Positions 11,582 to 24,400 of a stretch of DNA of 64,000 bases are shown here, one piece after another. Within the stretch, counting starts at the first letter, position 1. Each line of letters opens with the position of its first letter. The stretch comes from Oculina patagonica (lineage: Eukaryota). The stretch is from assembly GCF_052425735.1 (NCBI RefSeq), contig NC_135766.1, positions 24,118,001 to 24,182,000 of the forward strand, given 5' to 3'. The position numbers and the translations under genes are program-made. The notes under the pieces are model-generated. The model worked only from the letters and a program-made list of their open reading frames with translations. It was not told the origin of the DNA and searched no databases.

Positions 11582-12705
11582 CATTCTCGTTTCCAGAGCC
11601 TCCGTTTCTTTTGGTCACGTGGTCGGCGAAACGGAGGGCTCTGGTAACACTGACTACCGGATGTCGTAAAATCCACGACATCCGGTAGCGCATGTCCACT
11701 GCATAAATGTTCGTCTGTGTCTGCTCAGTAAAAGAAAGGGGAAGGCTGGGGCTGACTGAGACGAGAAGAAAGCGAATTTTGAAAGAAGATACGAGATTTG
11801 AGTTTGGCGTTCGAAAGAGCTGTACAGCAATCCTTGCTACAACTGTCGGAGGATATCAAGAAACAAGAAATGGAACAGGAAGCCGCCCTGCCTGCTGTAG
11901 TCGTTGAGTAGAACGACTATCCTTGTGTTTTGCCCGCTGGTTTTGGCAATTCAAGTCGTTGATAACTTATATTACACAATTCGATTCGTTTGGAACTCAT
12001 TGAATTGCATGGCTGATAGATGTGTTCTTGTTGTGTCGTCTCTACACGAAATATTATCTGACGGCAGATAGAAAAGTTCATGTAGAATCCAGAGGAATTG
12101 GAGTTATAGTCGCGCTGTTATAGTGTTTAAACATGGAGTCGAGGATATCATCAGCTGATAACATTCCGACGGTTGATGATACTGTGAAATTTATTTTTGG
12201 CCATGCGGAGGTATTGCAGAAATTCAGAACTAAAAAAGCCGCTGATCGACGAGGTACCATTCTATTGAGCAGCGGTAAGAAATATCACATTGAATTTCAA
12301 AATCTTCATGTAATTCATGAACTCCATTTTGTGTGTATATCTTGTATAAGCTAAGTTGATAGTGCAAATGTTTGCAATATTTTTAATGCAATAAAAAGTA
12401 CAACCGAGTTACACCTTACAAGTGATGTATTTGTCATTCGTTCATAGACAAAGGTCTGCTTCGTGAATACGTTATTCCAACAAACTCCCAGTGTTATTCG
12501 GTCTTTTTCCGGTATCATTTTTTTTCGCTCCGCTTCATCTTCAATTGTTTCGATGACCGGAAGTATAACCAAAATTGCGTAGAAGCGTTTCGTTTTTTAC
12601 CCAATTACGCATGCAGTTTTTATCAGCCAATCAAAAAAAATCATATTATTTACCGTTACGTCATGTCATTTAAAAAAATTAGGCGTGGCCCTGGGGAAGA
12701 GGATG
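11582..12705. mobile_element. TIR element with 9-bp TSD (right-arm copy, different interior)
   Basis: Flanks ACTGTCATG (11573-11581) / ACTGTTATG (12706-12714); ends mirror 5232-6435. Confidence 0.65.
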
Positions 12706-13042
12706 ACTGTTATGTAACGCCGAAAACGGGGATGTGTAGCTTTGTAAAACAACACTGATAAGTCGTGGAAACTGCAACACTGTATGGCAATGATGCCATT
12801 GCTTAGTTTGCTGCATGGGGTAGCGCCTACTTAAAATCTTTTAAATCAAGTTAAGTTCTTGAAAAAAAATTACCGTCAATATTTTTTCATTTTCGCCATA
12901 TGACATTTGCGTCCTTTTGCTCTTTGGATTGATGATCTAAGCGCTTCAGTAAAAATACTGATGATTGTTATTGTACTGTTAAATATTGTAAGCTAAGTAA
13001 AAGTACTAATAGCCAGTGACTCAAGACTATGAGTCAAATTCA

Positions 13043-13126
13043 CAACCTCGTTCCCAGGGCTTTTTCCTTGGTAATTTGGAACGGGCGTTCCAGTTTACCA
13101 AAGGAAAAGCCCTGTAAACGAGGTTG
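13043..13126. mobile_element. 84-bp hairpin MITE, 9-bp TSD (mirror at ~4844-4926)
   Basis: CAACCTCGTTCCCAGGGC..GCCCTGTAAACGAGGTTG flanked by TCAAATTCA twice; same terminal family as 21408-24881. Confidence 0.85.
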
Positions 13127-14267
13127 TCAAATTCACGAATTACTAGTGGTTATTAATAGTTTTACTAAATAAAACCGCTTACTATATCGACGGTACAATC
13201 ACTAGGCACTTCTACTGATTCCTTACGATATGAACAACAATACAATTTATTTCCTGACATTTTCATGTAAACGTCTTGCTCTTCTTTTGGCTTTTTTAAT
13301 TTCTACAAGAAGGCGGGAAAACTGACGCTTCATTTTCTTTTTCTAAATCTGAAAGTTTCATAGTTTTGAAAATCCCGTCGTTTCTAATTTTATCCGCGCA
13401 AATGAATAATAGAAATCTAATTACAAACTTTCCGTTCTGGTCCGTTCTCATACTAATGTGAACATGTGAAAAAGTGAAATTGTTTTACGGTCTGTAAGGT
13501 GGCGAAACTTTATCAGATACAAGTACGGTGTAGACCGATTTCCTCACCCACTTACTTCCAAAAGTGTTAAAATTGGAGTCAATACGTTCCAGTACATAAC
13601 TTTTAAAATAAGAGCTATCGAGCAGTTCTTTTATGTGGTGCTGTTTATTTTTCTCTTGTGTCTTATATACGGTGAGACTACGTGACAACGCATTGTCTCA
13701 GAAAGTGAAAAGGTCACGTTGGGGTAAAAAACACTCCACATGCAAATGTATACAAATTTATAGCGAATGCAAATAAATCACGGTATTCAGTAAAATCCCA
13801 CGGGCAAACCTAAGTACAATAACACAATGAACAAGTGAGCATAGCGATGAACGAACTGCAGCGAATATTGACAAACAAAATTAAACGTTGTGTATACTTC
13901 TGACAACGAAGAACAAAACTTTTCAGGTATGATAGCTGTAAAATGGTCCATGTTTCACGTTTTTGTCGCGGTTTTTGGTAGCTTTTTTTCACACTTGCTC
14001 TAGAGATTTGATAAAATATTAGTCTTGATCGAGTTGCATACTTTCACAATTATCTGTTAAAAATGGATTTTAACACTGGCTTAAATATTGACCAAAATAT
14101 CGTCACAGCAGGCGAAGGTCTCGTTTTGTCGACCTTTGTCGATGTCACATGTTTATGCGAAGCTGACGGGAAGTCACAAGTGTTTTCAAGCGGAGTTTTC
14201 GAGTTTCATTTGATTCGTCTTTCGTTCACCGTTTAGTTTGTACATAACAAGCGGTCAGTTATTAAAG

Positions 14268-15674
14268 ATGTCGTCTTACTCAGACAGGTCGAGTAACCAA
14301 GTGAGAAGGCACTGGCAAAGACGAGAGGCGGACTTGAGGGACGAAGACGAATATTCAGACTCCAAGGCATCATCGTCCGACTACTCAAACATGAACGGTG
14401 ACTCCGGCGAAGGCGGTGGCGAAAAGTACGAGCTAAAAGAAGTGAAAATACAACAGCCAAATGGGACCAGTCATCCCCGAAAGAGCAAAACAAGAGCGGC
14501 AAGGGGAAAAAAGAGCAGAATGAAGCGAGTTCTGTCGACGAAACACGTCAAGAAACGCCGTCTCGTAGGAAAACATGGGGGGTTGAAAGTCGTCGCGTCA
14601 CACGTACCTCAAAAACATGGCATGTATATTTCCGATTTGTTTACGACAATGATTGACTCTAAATGGCGATGGATTACTTTTGTCTACATTTCTATGTATT
14701 GTGGCAGCTGGCTGGGGTTCGGATTTTTCTGGTGGCTTATAACATACTTCCGTGGCGATAATGTCTGCGTCGATAACGTTGACTCGTTTACAAGCGCGTT
14801 CCTGTTTTCTCTGGAGACACAAACGACTATTGGCTACGGTGGGCGACAAATCACCCCTAGCTGCCCCGAAGCCGTTGTTCTACTGAATGCACAATCGCTT
14901 ATTGGGTTTATTATCGGCGCGTTTATGCTGGGTTTGATTTTCGCCAAGCTTTCTCGCCCGCGCAATCGCGCGGAAACCATTCTGTTTTCTCGCAACGCTG
15001 TTGTCGCAGTGCGTGACGGCAAAATGTGCCTCATGTTTCGAGTGGGTGACGTCCGAAAGAGTCAGATTTTAGAAGCTGTCGTTAGAGTGCACCTCTTTCG
15101 AAAAAGAACAACTCGAGAAGGGATCGAACTTCCGTTTTATCAACAAAAACTGCCCGTCGGAATAGACTGGTCTTGCGAAGAAAACTTGTTAGAAGACAGT
15201 ACCTTATTTCTCATTCTCCCGCTCACTATAGTTCACGTAATCGACGAGAATAGCCCCCTCTTCGAAATGCACCCGAAAGACGTCCTCAACTGCGACTTCG
15301 AGATTGTCGTGGTCCTTGAAGGGACGGTAGAAGCGACTAGCATGCTTGTTCAAGCCAAAACGTCTTATATTGCGGATGAAATCCTCTGGGGTCACGAGTT
15401 TGTAAGCACTACGGATGAGAGTAGATGGAAGTCGGGGAGGTACAGGGTGGATTTTTCAGTCTTCGACGACACCCGTCCAGTTCCCACCCCCCAGGTTTCC
15501 GCTAAGGATTATTACGAGGGGAAAATGTTTAAAATGAACTCTGAATCTTCTCTGCTGAGCCTTGAAACGCAAGAAGATGTCGACGACGACTCAGACACTA
15601 CAACACAAAGACCAGCTGACATAACTTTCAATCTTGACCAAGAAACAAATGGCGATACGATTGCATATGTTTAA
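14268..15674 (+). CDS. Inward-rectifier potassium channel (Kir/KCNJ family), copy A2, intronless CDS, 468 aa
   Basis: Same motifs as copy A1; 6 amino-acid differences; ATG at 14268. Confidence 0.95.
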   Translation: MSSYSDRSSNQVRRHWQRREADLRDEDEYSDSKASSSDYSNMNGDSGEGGGEKYELKEVKIQQPNGTSHPRKSKTRAARGKKSRMKRVLSTKHVKKRRLVGKHGGLKVVASHVPQKHGMYISDLFTTMIDSKWRWITFVYISMYCGSWLGFGFFWWLITYFRGDNVCVDNVDSFTSAFLFSLETQTTIGYGGRQITPSCPEAVVLLNAQSLIGFIIGAFMLGLIFAKLSRPRNRAETILFSRNAVVAVRDGKMCLMFRVGDVRKSQILEAVVRVHLFRKRTTREGIELPFYQQKLPVGIDWSCEENLLEDSTLFLILPLTIVHVIDENSPLFEMHPKDVLNCDFEIVVVLEGTVEATSMLVQAKTSYIADEILWGHEFVSTTDESRWKSGRYRVDFSVFDDTRPVPTPQVSAKDYYEGKMFKMNSESSLLSLETQEDVDDDSDTTTQRPADITFNLDQETNGDTIAYV

Positions 15675-17716
15675 CGTAATTTAGTCAGGTTTAAAAACAG
15701 TAGTAAAAACAAAGAAGGTGTTTGGGAATGATAATGTGAATAGCTTACGAGTTTACAAAATTAGGAGTGCGTGTTTGATAAGCGTGACCAGTTAAGATAA
15801 TTTTCATAATGAGAGTACCATTTCAAATCTTTTCTTTTTATCATTTGTTAGTTGAAGTGGCCACTGATTTCATTTGCGCGCTGATAAACACATGTGCTAA
15901 CTCACAAAAGAAACTTTAACTTTCAGTGATGAATTGACTCAGCTAATTAAAATAACATGGCGTTGAACCCGTTGATCTTTTTTTGTTTGTTTATACAGGG
16001 CAATTAACAACCCAAAGTACTTATCAAGGTGTGAATATTCACATAGCAATCAAGATCGAACATGTATGTGACTATTAAATTTGCGTGCGTTTCATATCAT
16101 CATTTTCGAATTTCGTTTTCGCGCAAACAAATAAAGAGATAATCTTTCCTTTGGCTTATCAGTATAGTCAAGTACCGTGTATGCTTCATCAAATTTCAGG
16201 TTAATAAACGACCTTTTGTACGACCTTTCGTAAAGATCTGGTAATAATAGTGTAATTTGTGGGAGTTCACAACACAGAACGAAGTCGATGGCAATGAAAA
16301 CAACTACAATTTTCTTTTTGACCGCTAAGAGAAAATAACTAGATTAAAATAACTTGGTGCTTTTTGAGGCCTTTTAGAAAATGATTTGTCGTCAAGATTG
16401 TTTTGCTTGGTGATAAGAATATTTGTTGAATATCATTTGAAGGAGCAATGAAATGCAAAATGTAAGATTCTAGATAATATTTTTATTGGACGCAATGATT
16501 TGCTGAACACAGTTGCTTCACGGGTGTCCAAAAGTCTTCCAATTTTACGCGCGCGAAAATTATATTCGATTCCATCCACGCGCGTTTCCAAGTGTGGTAT
16601 GTTGCGAAGTTTGTAGGTAAACAGAAAGAATTAAGATTGTTTTGTTTAGCTTGATGTTACTGATAAGTTTAAATCCCTGAAGCAAGTCAATTCAAGTGCC
16701 TTGTTTGTATGTTGTGCATCTAAAAACCTCTCTCTGTTTTATAAACACGATGTTATTTTCGTTCTCGTTCGCAACGATCGAAATCAAGTATGAAAACCAG
16801 GCGAAAACGAAACACAGCTCTGTGAAACTGAAAATTTGTGACTTATGCAAGAATAAAATAAGGATAGACGAAATGATATTTCAGCTCTGTTCACTGAAAT
16901 GGTTTTCACCGAGCTCCTTTATATTTGAGTGAAATATTTTTCTCACACGTACAGAAATATATTTGTAAGATCAGAAGTTTGATCCGAAAAGTTGAAATAA
17001 ATTAAAAGTTATTTTTTGAGAAAGTCGCGAAACGCTTTTATTCGGATTGATGTGAACCTTGCCAGACGCCTGTCTGGCTGGCTGGTGGGGCCTAGCTTGA
17101 AAAAGGAGGCGTGGCTCATTTAAACCCGAAGAGGGGGTATAACAAAACAATAGGCTTTTCGAGCCTGGTTAAGTTCGAGGCATTCGGTTAGTTAGGGTGC
17201 AGCGCGAAAAATGGGATTAGTGCAGGAAACGGCGAGAAAAAAATGGCGAGGAGCTGCGTAGGTCTCCCTTATTTTTCGCTCACCGTTTTTCGTGCTGCTT
17301 CCCAACTGACCAAACGTCTGGAACAGGCTACAAAATAACGGTAGACGTTATTTGTCGTAACGCAACGCTTCTCGCAGTTCTCACCACTGGGGAGTACTGT
17401 AAGCGTTGCGTGACAAACCAAATGAAGGCTGAGAAGGAAGAAAGGAACCGAAGGGGCTAAAAACAGCGCTTCCACATAGTGGCTAATATGGTGGCGTATC
17501 AGTTCAGTCTAGTTCAATCCTTGGTTCGGGGGGAGAGAAGGAAATAGGGTGATAAAAGTAAAATTTAGGAAAAATTAGGTAAAATCTCCTTTAATACTTG
17601 GTACCCAGGCTTAGCCATGCGGTCAACGTAACGCGCAGAGAAACTGGGCACAAGTCAGAAGAGCGTGACCTCTCTTTTGTCACAGCCGTCACAGAGGATA
17701 AAAACATTGGTCAAAT

Positions 17717-19453
17717 ATGGCATCTGACAACTCGAGTATTGATCGCGATGCCGACACAAGTGATGCAAATGATGCAGATGAATCATTTGTAAGAATAGAA
17801 CCATTCTCTTCGGATAATATGGTCAGCATGCGCTCATCAAAGCGTCAAGGAAATCAAGCGGCATTTTCCCTTCAGCCGCCATGTTCTGAATCACCAACCT
17901 TCGATCAGCACACTCGATGGCCTGTTCGCGATCGTTCCAGGAAGAGGCGTTTAGTCAGTAAATACGGATCGCTTAAAGTGTCAGCTAGGAATGTACCACG
18001 GAAAACGAAGCTTTACTTCGCTGATATTTTCACTACTATGATCGACCTTCGCTGGCCTTGGGTGATCTTGATATTTTGTGGCTCGTATGTACTGTCGTGG
18101 GTCGTGTTTGGTTTGTTGTGGTGGCTTCTGGTTGCAGTGCGAGGACCTTCTGTTTGTGCCACGGAGGTAAATCAAAACAAATTACAGGTTTACTTTCTGT
18201 AATTTTTACTGACATATTCTGAATACATGGCAGTGTGTTCTGAAAGGGGGCGTTGTTGTGTGTTTCAGTATGGTAATATGAAACCACATGCGGGCAGGGG
18301 GGGGGGGGGGGGGGGTCACCTCATATAGCACTGGTCACAGTACTATATCTTTATTTTGTGCCAAGAAAAAATTGCCCAGTTCACATGTAATTGTTGAAAA
18401 TTATGAAAGGAACTCCTAAACGACGCCAGAGTAACAATTTGTTGGCACGACTCGACTTTGTGTACACCTAAAAGGTACCTATTCAAAAATGACAAAAAGT
18501 TCCTCTGAATTTTTTTTGGCCAAAAATCCTTTCTAATGGTACTAGGATAATTGTAATTGTTTTCATTAAGTTTTATTAAACAATTAAACTACTAAATGTA
18601 TGTTTAATTAAACAGTTATATGTAGATATTCAGTCATAGTAAACTCAACCCTATCTTTATTTGCATGATATGATAGCATATTATTTATAATATTTTTTTC
18701 CAGGTTGACGATTGGGTATCTGCATTTCTGTTTTCAATCGAAACCGAGCAAACCATTGGTTATGGAAGCAGAGCAATAACAAACAAATGTCCAGAGGCTG
18801 CAATCATATTGCAAGTACAATCTCTAATTGGATTAATTTTGGATGCTTTTATGCTTGGTTTGACGTTTGCTAAGCTTTCACAGCCTCGAGAACGCATGAA
18901 GACTGTGATGTTTTCAGAGTATGCAGTCATTGCACCTAGAGACGGAAAAATGTGTCTGATGTTTCGAGTTGGAGACATTCGGAAGAGTCAAATTGTTGAC
19001 GCTTCGATACGGATGCAGCTTTTTAGGAAGTGGAAAACCATGGAAGGAAGAGACATCCCTTTCTATCAGGAGGATCTCAAAGTGTGTTATGACTGGCGGA
19101 ATCCAGACAATGACTTCAGAAATGAGCTATTTCTTCTGTTACCCATGGTGATAATCCATGTGATAGATGAAAAAAGTCCTTTTTATGAAATGTCTCCTGA
19201 TAAACTTAGAGAATCAGACTTTGAAGTTGTTGCAGTTTTGGATGGAATCGTCGAACACACAGGAATGAACACACAGCCCAAGACATCATATACAAGTGAC
19301 GAAATCTTATGGGGCTATGACTTTGTGGATGTCATCGACAGAAAGTTTCTTGAGAATGGCAAATATTTTGTGGATTTTTCAAAGTTTAACGAGATCGTTA
19401 ATGTGGAGGTACCACAATGCTCTCCAAAAGAGTTTTATCAGATGCAGCATTAA
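17717..19453 (+). CDS. Kir channel B, join(17717..18166,18704..19453), 399 aa
   Basis: Exon 1 ADIFTTMIDLRWPW..CATE then GTAAAT; acceptor TTTTTCCAG; exon 2 VDDWVSAFLFSIETEQTIGYGSR..RDGKMCLMFRVGD..EILWGYDF; phase-0 intron keeps the frame. Confidence 0.93.
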
Positions 19454-20348
19454 TATTATGTAGCTATATATCAAACACAAGGGAGAGTGTTTCATCAGTA
19501 AAGAGTTGAAAATACAATGCACAGTGGTGTGTTTTTGACAAACTTTCAGGTGTATGAAAATATCATTTTGATGACACTCTTTGAAATGTTTGATGTTATT
19601 TCGGAATTGGAAGTAAACCTGATATGTAAACCAAGTAATAAAATTGTAAAAATCTTATGCTAATAAGAACAGATTTCCAAACCACCTTTACAATTTTCTT
19701 TGTTTTTACTTGACGAATTATTAATGAGTTTAAGAAGACAAAGACTAATACCCCATTCACAACATCATGTTTAAAAGCTGTTTTAATAATTAAACATGCT
19801 TAATGGTGTTTGTCAGCTTTAAATTTAGCCCAATGAAAGCACAAGTTAGAGCTTCTTAAAGATGAATTCCAGTCCTTACTGCGCAATCTCGGCTGCAATG
19901 TTTATGTGAGCCCACACGAAGGGAATGTTTACAAGCAAAACTAAAAATTCCACGACAAACTTACCTTTTTCTTCATTATTAACGCCAGATATCCTTGCAG
20001 AACAAATAATAACGAGTAGAAGAACCTTGACGCTATTTCAAACCGACGTTTTAGCTCATCGGAACTTCTTGAACGAAACGAACTGTAATGGCGGACTAAA
20101 AAACGTCATGTATGCTGTCACCGAAGTGTAACGTTTCAACGAATTCAAAACAAAAACGTAAACAAACCCCGAGTCTGCGCAGTACGGACTGGAAATCATC
20201 TTTAACGAACGTGTATTTCCTGCATTTTGTGAACATTTGTGATCAAAACGTTTTTGGTTTTTAATTTCCCAAACAAAAGGCCATCACCAACAAGCCTTAA
20301 CCACAGCTATTTTTTAGTAAAACCTCTCCTTACTGACACCCCTATAAT

Positions 20349-20552
20349 ATGGGTGGTGAATGGTCCTTCAAAAAAAGGTGAGTCTTGCAGAATTTTAGTC
20401 AAATTTCAGGGGTCTCATCGTCTTGAATTTTTCTTTGATGCCTTCTCAGAGTCTTGATTTCTTTTGCAAGGCTATAAAAAGGTCTCGGGCTCGCAGAAAA
20501 GATATCAGTCTCGCTGTCCCGCAAAGTCTCGCATTTACCACTCAACACCACT
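20349..20552. mobile_element. MITE, 6-bp TSD (same family as 45824-46016)
   Basis: GGTGAATGGTCCTTCAAAAAA..GTCTCGCATTTACCACTCAACACC shared with 45824; TSD TATAAT. Confidence 0.7.
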
Positions 20553-21407
20553 TATAATACAGACACGCCCCAAATCAAACAGTTCACCTGGTTCCAGAAA
20601 GAGACAAATATTCATATAAACTCTACCTCGTAATAAGGTTGAGGGGGGGGGGCAGGAGGATAGGAGCCAGAGAGAAAAGGGAAGGGAGGTGGAGAAGTTG
20701 GGAAGCCGGATTCCCAAGGTGGTGGGAACCAAAAAAAATCCGCAAAATAAATGATGAGACAAAGAGGAGGGAACCACTACGGAAAGGGACAGGAGGAAGG
20801 GAAGTTGGGCAAAAGGTACGAGAAGCAGAGTAAGAGGTACAGGAAGTGGGAGGTAAGCAGACCCCTTGTCCCCCAATCTTGTCCTCGGGGCTCTTTTCCC
20901 TTCAGAGCAGGAGAGGGGGTTCCCCACCCTCTTCCGCTCTGAAGAGAAAAGAGCCCATACCAAGGGACGAGGTTGCTGCCCCCCCCCCTCCCACACACAC
21001 CCTTCCAAGGACACCATGCTTTCCTGTCCCTTTGGTGTAAAGTCAAGTGGATTCAAGTCATTAGAAGGCTTTACCTTCAGAGGGGGGGGGGGTGCATTCC
21101 GAATTTTCATTGTAAATTTACCCCAGGGAGGGGGGAGATTACCCCCATGCACTCAAATCTTCTCAAAACAAAAACCTAACTCACTCTCGTCCCCAGAGCC
21201 GCTTGTGCCTCTTAGCTGGCTGAGCCTGGGGCACGAGGAACAAGTGGCTCTGGAGACACATGATTAAATTGGCCAGATTTTTAACAGAGATTTTAAATAT
21301 AACCAATCAAATCAACCGCTTTAAAATCCCTTTGTTGTAGGAGATTTTAAAACGGCTGATATGATTGGTTAGATATCTGGCCAATCAAATCTGTAGCGGC
21401 TCTGGGG

Positions 21408-24400
21408 CAACCTCGTCCCCAGGGCCTTCTCGGTAAATGGCAGTCGTTACGAGATGACCCTGGCCAAGGCTGATATGACGGCATCGCAGAGTGGTCTATT
21501 CTAACCTCAATCCTGATTGGTTCATGTAATCCAAAACAAATATGGCGGAGGGGTCGATTTTTCTTGGAATTTAAGCCATTTACAGCTGGAAAGGTAAGTC
21601 TTTTCCAATATATTTATAATTCTCAAGATTCAAATAATTCGGTAGAAGTAGAAGCGTTAAATTCACTTCATTGCGAACTTTTCGCTTTGCTGTTTTGACT
21701 GTTTTATAACTTAATATTCCTGCCGAAAGTAGAACCTAGTACTGTCGGAAAGTAACATTCAAGATGAAAGAGTCATTTCGACACCGGGCTGCAGCTATGT
21801 AGACCTATGTACGAGATGCAAATCTAAAACGTAAAGGAATTTCTGCCCGTCGTAGACATAGTTGGACCCTAAAGTGCTCGTGTTCTTTTTCGGAGGAAAT
21901 TCGATTTCAATTTGTCGCGTTCGAACACATATCATCACCCATTCACTGTCTGCATTCTTCCGAATATGATATTGGTGCTTTCTAAGGGTCTGTTTTCATT
22001 ATGAATTTATTTATACCACTCCTTTTTTGTAGGTCCTTATACAAGTGGTGGACGTGTTTTAAATCATGCTCAAGTAGTGCTGGAGAAAATAGGTGACCAA
22101 AGGAGATAAATTAAGCGTGTTAATAAGAGATCTATTAAAATATTAATTAATTAATGTGAAGGATAAAAAAACTTTGGTCAATTTAATTTCTTTAAAAAAT
22201 TAAAGTTGTATCGTGTACTGTTCTCACAATATGTTGTCTCAGACTTCCTTGCTTTCCCTTTTACAGTTACCTCATGATCAGTAAAGGCTGATTGCAAACA
22301 TGACAGACAGAGTATATTGAAATTTAAAAACAATTTGTAACAAAATATTTCTGATGAAACTTGAGGTATTTGAAAATGTGATCAAACACTTAAATGAGAC
22401 TAAAAAAGAGAACAATCAGGAAAATAAAACTACAAAATATGTTCTTTGTGAGGTCATTTACCTATCTCACTGTCATAGTTTTGATTTGTCTTAAGGTTCT
22501 CTAAATGGATATTTTATAAGGAAAACCTTATCAGTGTACTGTTTTAACGTGGCTCATTGCACATCAAAACCTGAAAGCATTGTACTGTGGAAATGTTTGG
22601 GAAGTCATGTGTCACTTGGATGATGAAGCCCAGCCCTGTTTGCCCCAGCAGGGGTACTTAGGGTTTCAAGTGACGGGGATGATAGAAGGATTTTTTTGGG
22701 TTTGACAGTTTCGGTTCCGGGATTTTTTTGGGTAGGAAAATTTGTAAGTATTTTTTTTTAATAAAAATAAGGGAATTTTTGGGTATTAAATACAAACTAA
22801 AGATGTGTGGTAGTGCTTTGGCTGCATAGTTCTGCAAATAAAGTACAAACTAAAGTACTTTTCTGTTGATTTTTGGGGGTTAATTTTTGGTCCAGGGATT
22901 TTTTTGGGCTTCTGTGGGAAGCCCTAGGGATTTTTTTGGGTCTTGATTTTTGCCCTCATTCGATCATCCCCGTCACTTGAAATCCTGAGTACCCCCTGGG
23001 CTGTTTGCAGCCTTTAAAGCCTATGCTAGATAAGATGCAAAACATTTCTTCCTTTCACAAGATTTGCTATTTTCCAAAAACTTTGCTGTGGCAGTGCATT
23101 GCTTTAACAGTTCATGCTTTTTTTAATTTCAAGTATTATTTTCTAATCTTTTTCATGCCAGCAATAGCTACTTAAGGCCAAAATGGCTCTGATTTCTTTA
23201 CCCTATCCCAGACAAAATTGGTTAAAACCCCTCCTCCACATACAGCAATAGGCGCCTATGTAGAGCTTCAAATTAGATATTATGTACCACCTTCACTCTC
23301 TTGTGATAAAACAGGCAGCATTTTTTTGAAACTAACAGAACATGATCATCATAAAATTAATATTTACAAGGCTGAAAGGTGATTAAAGTCCACAGATGCC
23401 ATCTACGCAAAAATCCATTTCACTCTCTTGAGTGATTAATTATTTGCACAGCACAATCTTTTTACAAGTATGGGATCACTGGAGGCCAAATGATCCAACA
23501 ATGGCATTCAGAACTAACAAGTCTATTCTTATGTTTTAGAGCTCTTTTCATGGGGATAAACAGTGTCTGTGTGGACAGTCTCACAAATTTTAAAGATGAC
23601 TGTTTTGAGTCAAAACAATTTTTTTGCTCCTGTTTAAAGAGTGTAGCTGGGGGTTGAGGCATGGGGCGCCCTTGACATCCCTCTGTGAGACAATTTAAGA
23701 AGCGAGCGTAAATTGTTTTTAGGTATTTTAAAACAGGAATTTTCTACACAATGCCATTTTGGAATTTATGACATCAATGTATTGCCCATTTGTTTCACGC
23801 AAAGAATGCATGCTTCCTAACAATACAGTGGAAACACACTGATGTCAAAAAGTCCAAAATGGCAACATGTGGGAAATGTAAAAGTGATCATCTTTTAGCA
23901 TTTTGTATTCTGATAAAATGTTAAATCATCCTTCTCCTGTAAAATTTGTGATTTAGACATCATTTCAAGCAACACACTGAACACTAACTAGCCTGCCATA
24001 TGTGGTCACAGGTGTAATCCCAAGTTCTACACCCTGTTTAAGTCTATTATGTGCATAACTATGTGCATAACATCTTTGAAACGAAAGTGTCAATATTTTA
24101 AACTGCTGTGGTAAAAAAGTTAAAACTAATTCCAGAAGATTACAGTTATGTGGGTTCACCTGTTTTGATGTACAAAATAGCCACTCAAGTGGATGTAAAT
24201 ATCTCAAAATTTCAGTTAGAACTTCACCTCATGTAAAAGTTTGTAAAACAAAGTGAAATTGGCCTCAACTAAGGTAAGCTTCAAACATGTATAAATTTGA
24301 GTTTAAGCTTTCAGGGGGAGCGATTGCAGAATACCCGGTCACTTCATTTACATGTGTCCGAATGCTTTAAAGAATGAGGCATAACACAACAGGCACTTTG

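Larger units (their letters stand above)
9720..16592. repeat. Right arm of giant inverted repeat
   Basis: Reverse complement of 70-9216 apart from arm-specific indels. Confidence 0.97.

Noticed and set aside
20535-21267. 205-aa and overlapping ORFs
   Set aside because: Low-complexity GA/G-rich DNA and hairpin MITE pieces; no recognisable domain or splice structure.
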